NCBI GenBank assembly: GCA_002269645.1 | Contig: NIVC01002712.1 | Coordinates: 1-64,000, forward strand | Direction: 5' to 3' | Length of the DNA: 64,000 nucleotides | Origin: Macrostomum lignano | Taxonomy: Eukaryota | In this document: piece by piece, positions 10,501-23,600 of the stretch | Position numbering within the stretch: position 1 is the stretch's first letter | Layout: each line of letters begins with the position of its first letter | The notes under the pieces: model-generated | Seen by the model: the letters and a program-made list of their open reading frames with translations, nothing else | The model's database searches: none | Told to the model about the DNA's origin: nothing | Translations under genes and position numbers: made by a program

Positions 10501-13500
10501 GATTGAATTGGTTAAAGTGACGGAAATCGAGTACTCTGGTACTGGAGAAGATGCGATTTTGCGAATATGTGCAGTGGTTTCAAATTAGCAGTTTACCTGC
10601 TTAAATGGATGCATCGAATTCCACAGTAAGCGACCACAGAGTGTACTCTCCTGCCCAGTGCAATAAGTCAAGCAAAGCACCCCCAATTTCACTGCAGCAA
10701 GTGTAAAATACACTGAAAGTCGAATACACTGCCTACATAGCAAAGTTATAATGCAACTTACTACACTAATGTGATAAATACAATATAAGATACGGCAAAT
10801 AAATTAGGCCCTAGACAAACCTATTTTGGAGCGTGTAGAGATTTTGAAACTATTGGCCCTATTGCCTATCACCGGTCGGCGAGTTCTACCAATCTTTCTC
10901 CAATAGTTGCAGGTACGGTACAAGTAAAGAAGAAACACGGTGGAAACGATTCATGCAGATTTAGGGAGTAATAATCATAGATGAATAAGGCTATTGACTT
11001 TAGACGCTTTAATTTAGTTAATTCAAATCAATTACAACCGAATACGCAAAGTCGCGACGCAGATAAATTCGAGCACTGATAATAAGGATAACAATAACGA
11101 TAATTAATTAGTTACGCAACTGGAGAGCGGATCTCAGCTCTGAAGAAGAAAGACCGAACAGGACCACGGAGAAAGACTCCTAAACACTGGCCTAAACCCA
11201 AGCCTACTCTCAGGCGAGGACCCTGACGGATTGACAGTTCAGCGGAGCTCTGGCTAAGTCCTACCAGCTCTGCCCTTCAGTGCAACACTGAGGCCCTCGG
11301 GGTCGAGGCCACGTAGTGTGTCAAAACCGTCAGTTCGCATCTAAACCGCGCTTATTAACGACGCCCTCAGACAAGGTTATCGCGGGCGTTACGCCAACAA
11401 GACTATTGCGGTTGGGCAAGGGAATAACACAAGGACCGGGGAGACGATGCAGATCAAGCGCCTCAAAGCGCGAATAGAGGCAAAACGGCCGGGAGATTGG
11501 ACAAACCAAAGGCCAGAAAACAGAAGCGACCGCCAAAACACACTTTCATATATAGTCAACTTTCAAACCCCTCAAACCCCTCCTCACGCCGGGCGGTGGG
11601 TGTCTGGCCGGCCGCTCGCTAAGCCGACTTGCACTGGACCCGCGGCGCTCTCTCAGACCTGGCTTGCCGCGTGCCAGGGGTCCAGGCCGATCGCGATTGG
11701 CTGGCCGCGCAAGCCGGGGTATGCTGGAAAATTTCGACCCTCCGCTGAGTCACAATTGGCGTCTAGCTTCTGACCTGTTTACACAAAATAAACTCTAAAC
11801 TAAGGGAAAAAGTACATTGAAACGTGTGACTAAAATAAGCAAAATAATTATCAAAAATACAGAAACTAGTACAATCAACTAGCTAATAGAATGCAAACTA
11901 GCACAAAAGATGCTCACACTACTCTAAGTTTGCTGAAGACAAAACACTGAACAGTGTATTCGCACTGTGTGTATACTGAGGAGTGTGTAAATATATATTT
12001 ATATATATGTACTAGTATTGTTGATTACGTTATATGATTTCACTTTCAACGTCGTCATCAACCCAGTTTTGTCCTTTCTAAGAATTTCATGCGGTCTAGG
12101 CTACTGATTTACTTCTTAGTTACCTTAGCGGTCCTGATAATCCATAATCCGAGTGCTTAGTGATTAAAGAATTGAGACAGGACTAAAATATTGAAATTGT
12201 TCGAACGACATGTATTACTAATGATTGTCAGTGTACAAAAGGTCTCGACATTCAGGGTTGGCGGAGCCTAATATTTTAGGGGGCTGTAGCGCCAACTAAT
12301 AGTAGGCTTCCGACTAAAGTGCACGCCGTTTATTATTCCCCGATGTACTCATTCCGAGTTAACATTGTCTATGTCAATTCTTCCAAACTCAGTGTACCAG
12401 AAAATTCCAATAAACTGCACTTTACCCCTTTATTATTGAAGAGTTTCTACAAATGACCAATGAATGGCACTCTTCTTCTGCTGTGTATTCAAGAACACAA
12501 GGGCTACAGGGCACCCCCTTTTTAACTTGCTTCTTTGAGAATCGTTCTACGCTCGTAAGTCTGAGAAACCCACAACAAACGTGGGATTTTTGTCCCTCTG
12601 TGGGATTTTACGGGTGAGCAACTTGGGGTGGGGTAGAAGCGCAATGCGCGTTTCGTTTAGCGTGCATGTCCCAAGCACTGCGCTGTGGTGCAGCATGTCG
12701 CCATCCTTCGGAAGAAAAGGTCGAGGTTGGATTGAAGTTGGATCGAGTTGCTAGAAGTTGGATCAATGTTGGATTGAGGTTAGACATGGATTTAAATGGG
12801 ATCTATAGCAAAAAAAATAAGCCTTGCTTATAGCTATGAAAAATATTTATATAGTACATATTGACAATTCAATTTTCTGGTATTTTGTAAGTCCCCCACC
12901 TCCAAGACTGCCCCACCACACCAACCCCCCCACACACTCAGCCAGTCCCCACGCTGCAGTTTACACACTCATCTCTTCGCATGGCTGCCTATCTCTGCAG
13001 TGCTAGTGTGGCAGATTTGCATAAATTCATACTACTGGGATGGAAGAATGGAGATGGCAGAGAGGGGGAAGGCCTTCCCGTAGCCTATCTGAACAGCACA
13101 GCACTGATGTTTTCGGACGGATTATCCGAAATAATAGAATATTGTCTCTTAGACCATAGCAGAATCTTGCTTTCATCACGAGGTTCGGCTTCGCTAACAG
13201 ACAAATTAGCGGCACGTGCACATTAATCTATCGGTAGAACTCTAAGATGGACTCCTGCCCATTTTATGGGCGGCGACAAGCTCCATGTAGCTGTTTTTGC
13301 TAATATTTGAATCTGTATAACGAGAACGGAGAACGCCTCCCAGATAATCGAAGTTCATTTTCGCACTGAAAGGCACAGGTGGACGAAGCCAAGACATCTG
13401 ACAGGCAGAGTTGGAAGCCAGCTTCACGTCCTTCAGTCGATGTAAGGAAGCCAATGCATCAAACAGCAAGAGCATTTTGAGTGACAGTATCTTCTCTGTC

Positions 13501-14638
13501 TCTTCTCTGAGTGACAGTAGCCTGCAGCCCTAGAACAAGCCAACCGCCCCAAAAGGCAAGGCAATTCGGCAGACTGCACTGACGGAACGATGAGACAGAA
13601 GCACTAATGACAATAGGCGAGGGCTGATGACAATACCGCCAGGCAGGTCAATGACGAATAGCTGACCATATCTATAGCGACTTGTTTTTAACTTTGTAGA
13701 GCTAATGTCATTAACTTTGTGTCTCAGAGGGACCTCCATAAATGTGACGTAGTTTTTTATGATACACCAACATCCCACCAGCGAGAATCTGAGCACGTAG
13801 GATCTTGCATGAGAAGTATACGATCACTATTAAGCCTCAGCTCTCCTGCTGGGTAAAGCCTAATTGATAGTGCACCTGTTGCTGGGGCGGCAAACTCTTT
13901 TCCGAGCCTAAACATCGTTGGGGCACCGGCATATTAAAAGGATATCTAGTTTTCATCCTCCGCAACCAGTGGTGGCACAGCCATGGCTAACGAATTTAAA
14001 AGTCAGTTGCCCTCTCAAGAGAGTTGCCCATGCCAGGCTTGACCCTCGGTCAAGAAGCTATCGTTTCTTCTTTGTCTTCATTTCTTTCCTTTTCCTTCCC
14101 TTGGGTCGCATGCAGTCTAACCATGGCTACGGTTCGGGACACTGGCCTGGGACCAGCTTAGTGTTTTGGCCTGGCGGGCGCGGTAGCTCTGAAAGAGGCA
14201 GACTCGCCTGATACTACTACTGCTCTCAGTAGTGTGTTTAGCACGGGCTACAGAGCGTTGTGAAAACACAAATTTTACAGAACAAATAAATGTAAGCTGA
14301 CATCAGCTATACTTAAGCAATGGAAAAAGTCGAAATTGTTTGAAATATAAAATTACTTATACTCAGCGCTCAGATTCTCACGATTAACGCTCTTATGTTT
14401 TTTTTGAAAAAATCGATATTTTTACTGTTAGTGTAATAATTTACAAGCGCCATTCATTAGAACTGAATGACTGACAAAAAATAGGATATAGTTTTCTATA
14501 TGTATCACACATCTAGCCTTACCCCTTGTGCTTCCACGAGTGTTTTTTAGTGGAAGCATCTCATCTTTAAGCTAAGTAGTAAAATATAAAATCATGAGAT
14601 ATATAATGTTTCAATTCGTATTAGTATCTGTCCCCATC

Positions 14639-17600
14639 TTAGGCAGTCTGCAGAAACGAGTCGAGACTACTCAGCTCAGTCTCGAGGCTGTCCGTCACCC
14701 GCTCCAGCGCTTCTCGCCTCTCCTCAGTCTCGCCGACAATGTCAGCCAAGTTGGCCAGCAGCCGCAGGTCGGCCTCTTGAAACTCCGACCGCATCGCATC
14801 GTCCTCCTCCCAGCCGTCCTCCAGGCGCTCTCGGGCCGCACGTCGTCGCTCCTCTTGGCGAACTTTGGCGTGCAGCGCCGACTCCCAGGTCAGCCGCATG
14901 CGGCCTGTGCGCTGCTCGAACCTTTAAAGTGGTCAATTTGCGTCACAAGATTTGCTTAAGGCACTCATTAAGTTCATAGCACACCCTATCCTAAGAGTCC
15001 ATCCCACACCACATCTTAGAGTATGACCAATCCCAAACCACCTTCCTATGAAAGCTTGAATCTCAAACCTCATCCTGGTGGGAGATCAATCCCACACACC
15101 ATCCTGATGGGAGATCAATCCCACAACCCATTTTGGTGGGAGATCAATCCCACACCCCATCCTAGAGGACAACCAATCCCTCACCACTATCCTAGGATAG
15201 TGAATCCCACACCCCATCATAGCGCAATCAATTCAACACCCTATCATAGGTGAACAATCCCACACCCCATCATAGCACAGTGAATCCCACACCCTATCAT
15301 AGCACAGGGAATCCCACACCCAACCCGAGTCCCCTTAAGTCCGCACCCTTGAATTCCATTGCGCAGTCTAGCATTCTCCTCCAGCACAGTTTTGAGCTTG
15401 CAACCGAGCGAGTAGATGTCCTTCTCAGACCGCATCCTCTCTTCGGCGAGCTCTTCGAGCTGTCGCTCGGCCTGAGCAAGCTTTCTCTGCTTCTCGCGCT
15501 CCAGCTCGGAGATCTCATTGCCCAGCTGGCCAATCTGCGAGTCGGTCCGTTTCGAGCTCTCCTCCAGACCGGTCTTCCGGTTCTTCAGCGCCACAATTTT
15601 CTTTTTCAAAGCGTCGTAGTCGGCCAGGGTTCGATCGAAGAACGCTTCGAATTCGGCGAACTTCGGCAGCAGCTCCTCGAGCTCCCGGCTCCGGTCGGTC
15701 CGGTCCTGGCCCAGGCGCTCCAGGTCTCTTTCTAGGAAATCGATTATGCCCTCCTTCTGTTTTGTGACCTCGGCGAAGTCGCGCCTGCCGCGTTCCAGCT
15801 CGCCCTCTAGCCTGGCTCGCCGGTCGGTGTCCTCTTTGATTTTGCCGACCAGCTCGTTGTGCTGCGGGGGCGAGAGGGAAATTTGTGTCATAGACAGTAG
15901 GCTGTGTGTCATAAACAGAGGACTGTGTCTCTTAGATCGCAGATTGTGTGTCTTAGACAGCAGACGCTGTGTCATAGACAGCAGACTGTACGTCATAGAC
16001 AGCAGACACTGTATGTCATAGACAGCAGTCTGTATGTCATAGACAGCAGACACTGTATGTCATAGACAGCAGACACTGTATGTCATAGACAGCAGTCTGT
16101 ATGTCATAGACAGCAGACACTGTATGTCATAGACAGCAGACACTGTATGTCATAGACAGCAGTCTGTATGTCATAGACAGCAGACACTGTATGTCATAGA
16201 CAGCAGACACTGTATGTCATAGACAGCAGACACTGTATGTCATAGACAGCAGACACTATGTCATAGGCAGCAGACACTATGTCATAGACAGCAGACACTG
16301 TATGTCATAGACAGCAGACACTATGTCATAGGCAGCAGACACTATGTCATAGACAGCAGACACTGTATGTCATAGACAGCAGAGGGCAGACCGGCAACCC
16401 GCAAATACTCGTAGACAACCAGCTTTGCCTACTCCGATGTGACCACTGAGCACGCAGTGTCGCGCAGGCACCCGGATACTTAGATATCAGAAGACACCGC
16501 ACTCACCTCATCATTAAGCGCAACGTTCTCGTGCTTCAAATCCGTAATGAGCTTGTTCATCTGCCGGGTAAAAGCGTTCTGCTCTTTGTTAAACTTGTCG
16601 ATGGTATCCTGCAGCTTGTCGTTTGTGTCCTGCACCGTCATTCTGCAAGTTCATGGGGAATTTGGAAAAATTATTCAGCATTTTGAGTTTTTCCATAGAA
16701 GTCCAGGAGACATGGGCGTCGCCACTGGGGGATAGGGGGCATGTCCTCCTAGTAAAAGCTATGGGGTGACATGCCAATGCTTTGTCTCCCCACCCCACTT
16801 TGTGGCCCGTTATGGAAACCAAAAGTTTTGCTTCAGGGTGCCAAAATGAGTGCCTGCGGCGCTAAAATGAGTGCCTGCGGCGCTAAAATGAGTGCCTGCA
16901 GCGCTAAAATGAATGCCTGCGGCGCCAAAATGAGTGCCTGCGGCGCTAAAATGAGTGCCTGCGGTGCCTAAATGAGTGCCTGCGGCGCTAAAATGAGTGC
17001 CTGCGGCGCTAAAATGAGTGCCTGCAGCGCTAAAATGAATGCCTGCGGCGCCAAAATGAGTGCCTGCGGCGCTAAAATGAGTGCCTGCGGTGCCTAAATG
17101 AGTGCCTGCGGCGCTAAAATGAGTGCCTGCGGCGCTAAAATGAGTGTCTGCGACGCTAAAATGAGTGTCTGTGGCGCCAAAATGAGTGTCTGTGGCGCCA
17201 AAATGAGTGCCTGTGGCGCCAAAATGAGTGCCTGCTGCGGCGCTAAAATGAGTGCCTGCGGCGCCAAAACGAATGCCTGCTTGCGGCGCCAAAATGAGTG
17301 CCTGCGGCGCTAAAATGAGTGCCTGCGGCGCTAAAATGAGTGCCTGCGGCGCTAAAATGAGTGCCCACGACGCTAAAATGAGTGCCTGCGGCGCTAAAAT
17401 GAGTGCCTGCTGCGGCGCTAAAATGAGTGCCTGCGGCGTCAAAACGAATGCCTGCTTGCGGCGCCAAAATGAGTGCCTGCGGCGCTAAATGAGTGACTGC
17501 CTGCGGCGCTAAAATGAGTGCCTGCTGCGCCAAAATGAGTGGCTACGGCGCTAAAATGAGTGACTGCCTGCGGCGCAAAAACGAATGCCTGCTTGCGGCG

Positions 17601-20600
17601 CCAAAATGCGTGCCTGCGGCGCTAAAATGAGTGCTGACAACACCGATTCTCAAAATGATGTACATGTAGAATTCTTGGCTTTGCCCCCCCCACCATAAAA
17701 ACCATGGCGACGCCCCTGCCAGGATCGGTAAGGTACATGTATCGGGAAACTGACTTTCTAAATGCATTTTTTCAGCGAATGGACGATTTTTTCATCCATG
17801 CTAGAGACTACTTATCGTCGAACGTCGATTATCAGTAGTGTATTGCAGATTTTCTTACCGCTCGCTTCGCTCCCTTGTCAGCTGCTCTTTCATCTCGGCG
17901 ATCTGCTTATTGTAAGTCAAAACAGCGGACCTGGGGGGGAAAAATTGTAAAATTTAATTTGAATGGCAACACGTTTTAAACAAACATTGCAATAAGTTTG
18001 AAACATAAAATAGCAAAATTTTTTGTTCACGCAAAATTTTCTAGAAAAGCAACAGCAAACTGGTGCCAAAAAATGAATGACAGTCGTTTTAACAAAATAC
18101 AATAAAACAAATTCATGTGCAAAACGGAGTTCATGGCAAATCACTAAAATAAAATAAATAATGACCAGATTTTAATGGGTTTAAAACGGTTTTTTAAGTT
18201 GTAGCAGTGCCAATATGGAAGGGTCTTCCATGTGTTGTAGAGGATTTAAATTAGATAGATCATAATATTGTGTAGCAATTGTGCATATTTACTCTTCTAG
18301 GTAATGTAGCCAGCTACACAAGTCGTGAACCCCTCTGTTAATTTTTCTGTAAGCTCGAGTCTCTGTCACACTGAGCTGTGACCCCCTCTGCCACACTGAC
18401 CTGTCACCCCCTCTGTCTCTCAGCTGTGACCCCATCTGTCTCTCAGCTGTGACCCCGTCTGTCTCTCAGCTGTGACCCCGTCTTTCTCTCAGCTGTGACC
18501 CCGTCTGTCTCTCAGCTGTGACCCCGTCTGTCTCTCAGCTGTGACCCCGTCTGTCTCTCAGCTGTGACCCCGTCTGTCTCTCAGCTGTGACCCTGTCTGT
18601 CTCTCAGCTGTGACCCCGTCTGTCTCTCAGCTGTGACCCCGTCTTTCTCTCAGCTGTGACCCCGTCTGTCTCTCAGCTGTGACCCCGTCTGTCTCTCAAC
18701 TGTGACCCCGTCTGTCTCTCAGCTGTGACCCCGTCTGTCTCTCAGCTGTGACCCCGTCTGTCTCTCAGCTGTGACCCCGTCTGTCTCTCAGCTGTGACCC
18801 CGTCTGTCTCTCAGCTGTGACCCCGTCTGTCTCTCAGCTGTGACCCCGTCTGTCTCTCAGCTGTGACCCCGTCTGTCTCTCAGCTGTGACCCCGTCTTTC
18901 TCTCAGCTGTGACCCCCCTCTGTCTCTGAGCTGTGACCCCCGTCTGTCATTACAGGCCGAACTCTGTCGCCGGTCTCTGGGCCGCCCGTCTGAGCTGTCG
19001 GTGCTTCGCCACAGTGCGCTGAATCTCCTCTGGATCGGCGCGGGGATCGAACCCCGCACCTGACGGCGCAGTGCCGCTGAGCAGCCACGACACGCGCTGG
19101 GATTTGCTGATTGAGAAAGTTTTCAAAAACATTTCTTAATCGGTTCTTTGTGGCCGACTGAAGCCAGAATTTCCCATCTGGGTGGGATCTTTCTATGGGG
19201 ATTTTTACTCAGGAAGAATTGGAAAGGTGTTGGGAGTTCCGAGATTTGGAATGGGAGATTAGGAATGGGATATTTGAGGTTTGGGATGGGAGACTTAAAA
19301 CTAAGGATGGGAGATTCGAGACTAGGGATGGGAGACTACAGATTAAGAATGGGAGATTAGAGATTAGGGATGGGAGATTGGAGATTAAGAATGGGAGATT
19401 AGAGATTAAGAGTGGGAGATTAGAGATTAGGGATGGGAGATTTTGAGATTGGAGATGAGAGATTTGAGATTAGGGATGGGAGCTTAGAGATTCAAGATGG
19501 GAGATTATAGGGATTAAAGATGGGATATCAGAGATTAGGGATAATTGGATGGATTAAGACCTTAAGTAGATTTTCTTAATTCGAATCCTCATTTGCCATG
19601 GCTGCGAGGCGATGTTGACATCCGCACAAAAAGCAGTCACAATACCTGTCAGACGACTGAGATGATTGGTTGATCCAACCCTCATCCTTGGCCCTGCGAT
19701 GATTTGGGATCATTGGGAACAGTTGATGAGCAGTTAATTGCTGTTGTTATCATTTTGCTCTCAGCTTCGGCTTCAATAGAGGTTGCGAAAGTGATTTTTA
19801 ATATCATGTGAACTCTGCATTTTAAGAAGTTTGAGTTTTATTGATGAAAACTTCATAATTCAGCACCTGTTGCAGTATTTTTATTACAAGTGTAATATAA
19901 ATATGGTCATTAGTACATCAATAATAAGGCACACCAATTAGCACACCAATTAGAACCCCAATTAGCACCCGGTTGGAACTCCAATTAGAACCTAATTAAA
20001 ACCCTAATTATCACACCGATTCGCAAACCAATTTGCACACCAATTAGCTTACCGATTAGTACCCCAATTAGCACACAATTAGAACCCTAATTAGCACTAG
20101 TTAGCAGACACCGTCGCCTCCACCCTCTCACCTGTGAGCGTCCGCCAGCTCCATTCTGCGATTCTCCATATCGATAATTTCCTGCTGCAGCCTGCCAATG
20201 TCTTCAGCCTTGGAGGCGAGGTCATTTCTGGCCTCCTGCAGTCTGAAAAGTTTCGCAATGAAGTTCTGGTTGATTAAAATTTGATCCAACAACTATTGGC
20301 TAAGGTGGAATTGCAATGCTTTGAGTACTGCGTGTCCTTACGGCTTTGCACTGTTGGCTCGGGTTTAACAGGATGGGATGAGACTGGACGGGATGGGATC
20401 GGGTGAGATTGAATGGGATGGGGTGAGATTGGATGGGATGGGGTGAGATTGGATGGGATGGGGTGAGATTGGATGGGATGGGGTGAGATTGGATGGGATG
20501 GGGTGAGATTGGATGGGATGGGGTGAGATTGGATGGGATGGGGTGAGATTGGATGGGATCGGGTGAGATTGAATGGGATGGGGTGAGATTGGATGGGATC

Positions 20601-23600
20601 GGGTGAGATTGGATGGGATGGGGTGAGATTGGATGGGATGGGGTGAGATTGGATGGGATCGGGTGAGATTGAATGGGATGGGGTGAGATTGGATGGGATG
20701 GGGTGAGATTGGATGGGATGGGGTGAGATTGGATAGGATAGGGTGAAATTGGATTGAAAAGATTGGATTCGGGACAGTTCTAGCACTTTCAACTCAGAGC
20801 AAAACTTGCAACCGCCCACATAGGGCTGTAAGTGACATAGACAGTGACAAAATGTGACAGGCAGGCAGTAACACAAACCGACAAAAGAAGTCTGTACGAA
20901 AAAGTGCAGAAGCAAGTAATCAATAACTGATAGTACAGCAACAAAGTAAAGATATATCGGCTTATTAGCCCTTGAAAGTTCTCTACAAGACAGACAAGAA
21001 TAAGCGCTCGCACAAGAATTAAAACTGTTGACTGCAGTTCATCTGCATGTACGTTTGGTCATACGGTTCACACTTACCTGTCTTCCTGTTCACAGTTTTG
21101 TAAGGAGTGTAAAGTTTTGTCAAAACAAAAGATACTGAGGTGAAACCTGTGTTTGAAATTTAGATTGCCTAAATCCACTGATGGATTTTACAGGGGATTC
21201 CACAGGAGGATTTCTCTGAAGCGGGTTCCACTGAGGGGGAATTCCAATGAGGGGAATTCCACTGATACTGATTCCACAGGGGGATTCCTCTGAGGGGGAT
21301 TCCACTAAAACTAATTCCACAGAGGATTCCTCTGAGGGGGGTTTCAAGGAGGGGGATTCCTCTGAGGGGGGTTTAAAGGAGGGGGATTCCTCTGAGGGGG
21401 TTTCGAGGAGGGGGATTCCTCTGAGGGAGGTTTAAAGGAGGGGGATTCCTCTGAGGGGGGTTTAAAGGAGGGGGATTCCTCTGAGGGGGGTTTCAAGGAG
21501 GGGGATTCCTCTGAGGGGGGTTTAAAGGAGGCGGATTCCTCTGAGGGGGGTTTCAAGGAGGGGGATTCCTCTGAGGGGGGTTTAAAGGAGGGGGATTCGT
21601 CTGAGGGGGGTTTAAAGGAGGGGGATTCCTCTGAGGGGGGTTTAAAGGAGGGGGATTCCTCTGAGGGGGGTTTAAAGGAGGCGGATTCCTCTGAGGGGGG
21701 TTTCAAGGAGGGGGATTCCTCTGAGGGGGGTTTAAAGGAGGCGGATTCCTCTGAGGGGGGTTTCAAGGAGGGGGATTCCTCTGAGGGGGGTTTAAAGGAG
21801 GCGGATTCCTCTGAGGGGGGTTTCAAGGAGGGGGATTCCTCTGAGGGGGGTTTCAAGGAGGGGGATTCCTCTGAGGGGGGTTTCAAGGAGGGGGATTCCT
21901 CTGAGGGGGGTTTCAAGGAGGGGGATTCCTCTGAGGGGGAATTCCACAGGAGCATTTCTCTAAGGGAGATTCGACTGAGGAGGATTCCAATGAAGGGGAT
22001 TCCACTGAGGGGGATTCCACTAAGGGTAACACAGTTAACACAGGACATACTACTATCAAGTTTGTCAGCAAAGCAGATATAAAATATATAAATATTATTC
22101 TTACTCTTCGCTTTTCTCTCGGACTGTCTTGGCATCCTGCTCACGAACCAGAAGGGCCTCGTGGAGTACTGCGAGTTGTGTGATGGGGAGCAGTTATTGA
22201 GAATACAGCCCCAGTTCTAGTGGATGATAACCATCCTTGAGTTCCACTTTCTTCTGGATGCTCAGGTCCCATCTCAACTCACAATCTCTGAGTTCCTCCT
22301 TCTTCTGAATGCTCAGGTCCCATCTCAACTCACCATCTCTGAGTTCCTCCTTCTTCTGAATGCTCAGGTCCCATCTCAACTCACCATCTCTGAGTTCCTT
22401 CTTCTTCTGAATGCTCAGGTCCCATCTCAACTCACCATCTCTGAGTTCCTCCTTCTTCTGAATGCTCAGGTCCCATCTCAACTCACCGTCTGTGAGTTCC
22501 TCCTTCTTCTGAATGCTCAGGTCCCATCTCAACTCACCGTCTCTGAGTTCCTCCTTCTTCTGAATGCTCAGGTCCCATCTCAACTCACCGTCTCTGAGTT
22601 CCTCCTTCTTCTGGATGCTCAGGTCCCATCTCAACTCACCATCTCTGAGTTCCTCCTTCTTCTGAATGCTCAGGTCCCATCTCAACTCACCGTCTCTGAG
22701 TTCCTCCTTCTTCTGAATGCTCAGGTCCCATCTCAACTCACCATCTCTGAGTTCCTCCTTCTTCTGAATGCTCAGGTCCCATCTCAATTCTCAACTCACC
22801 ATCTCTGAGTTCCTCCTTCTTCTGAATGCTCAGATCCTATCTCAACTCACCATCTCTGAGTTCCTCCTTCTTCAAGAATGCTCAAGTCCCATCTCAACTC
22901 ACCATCTCTGAGTTCCTCCTTCTTCAAGAATGCTCAGGTCCCATCTCAACTCACCATCTCTGAGTTCCTCCTTCTTCTGAATGCTCAGGTCCCATCTCAA
23001 CTCACCATCTCTGAGTTCCTCCTTCTTCTGAATGCTCAGGTCCCGTCGCTTCTCCTGTCGCCGACTTTTCTCATTGAAATCCTCGACAGTTTTCTTCATC
23101 TGCGCCATGAGTCGCTGGTGATTTTCAGTCATTGACTTGTTCAGCTGACGAATTCGATCGCTAAAAATAGATAGATATGAGTCATGCTTTTGGAATCAGA
23201 TACGTGTCGTCTTGAAACTTGAGCAGCCATGTCAATGCTTACATTTCATCCCGCAGCGTCTTGTTCCGCTCCATCTGTCGCTCGATTCGTTGGCGAGTGT
23301 CCGCCTCCTGCGCCTCCAGACTGGAGTTCTTCTCTTCCAGCTTCTGCTTTTGCTGGACAATGGGGAAGATGCGGGAAGAGGCTACAGACACCCTTTGACC
23401 CCCTACAGACACCCTTTGACCCCCTACAGACACCCTCTGACCCCCTACAGACACCCTCTGACCCCCTACAGACACCCTCTGACCCCCTACAGACACCCTC
23501 TGACCCCCTACAGACACCCTCTGACCACCTACAGACACCCTCTGACCCCCTACAGACACCCACTGACCCCCTACAGACACCCTCTGACCACCTACAGACA

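Noticed and set aside
10780-10791. Helitron 5' terminus (A|TCTTATAT on - strand)
   Set aside because: Plausible, but too short to distinguish from chance without other copies.
11100-11790. GC-rich block resembling an LTR or leader
   Set aside because: No convincing TG..CA ends, PBS or PPT found.
12690-14210. Short ORFs (12981-13226 +, 13242-13475 -) and a possible LINE RT remnant (FDYLGGVL)
   Set aside because: No family-level motifs and no consistent splice pattern; the similarity is too weak.
22238-23044. CRISPR-like array (also considered for the 38-bp and 59-bp arrays)
   Set aside because: Head-to-tail repeats with no unique spacers, in eukaryotic introns, with no cas genes.
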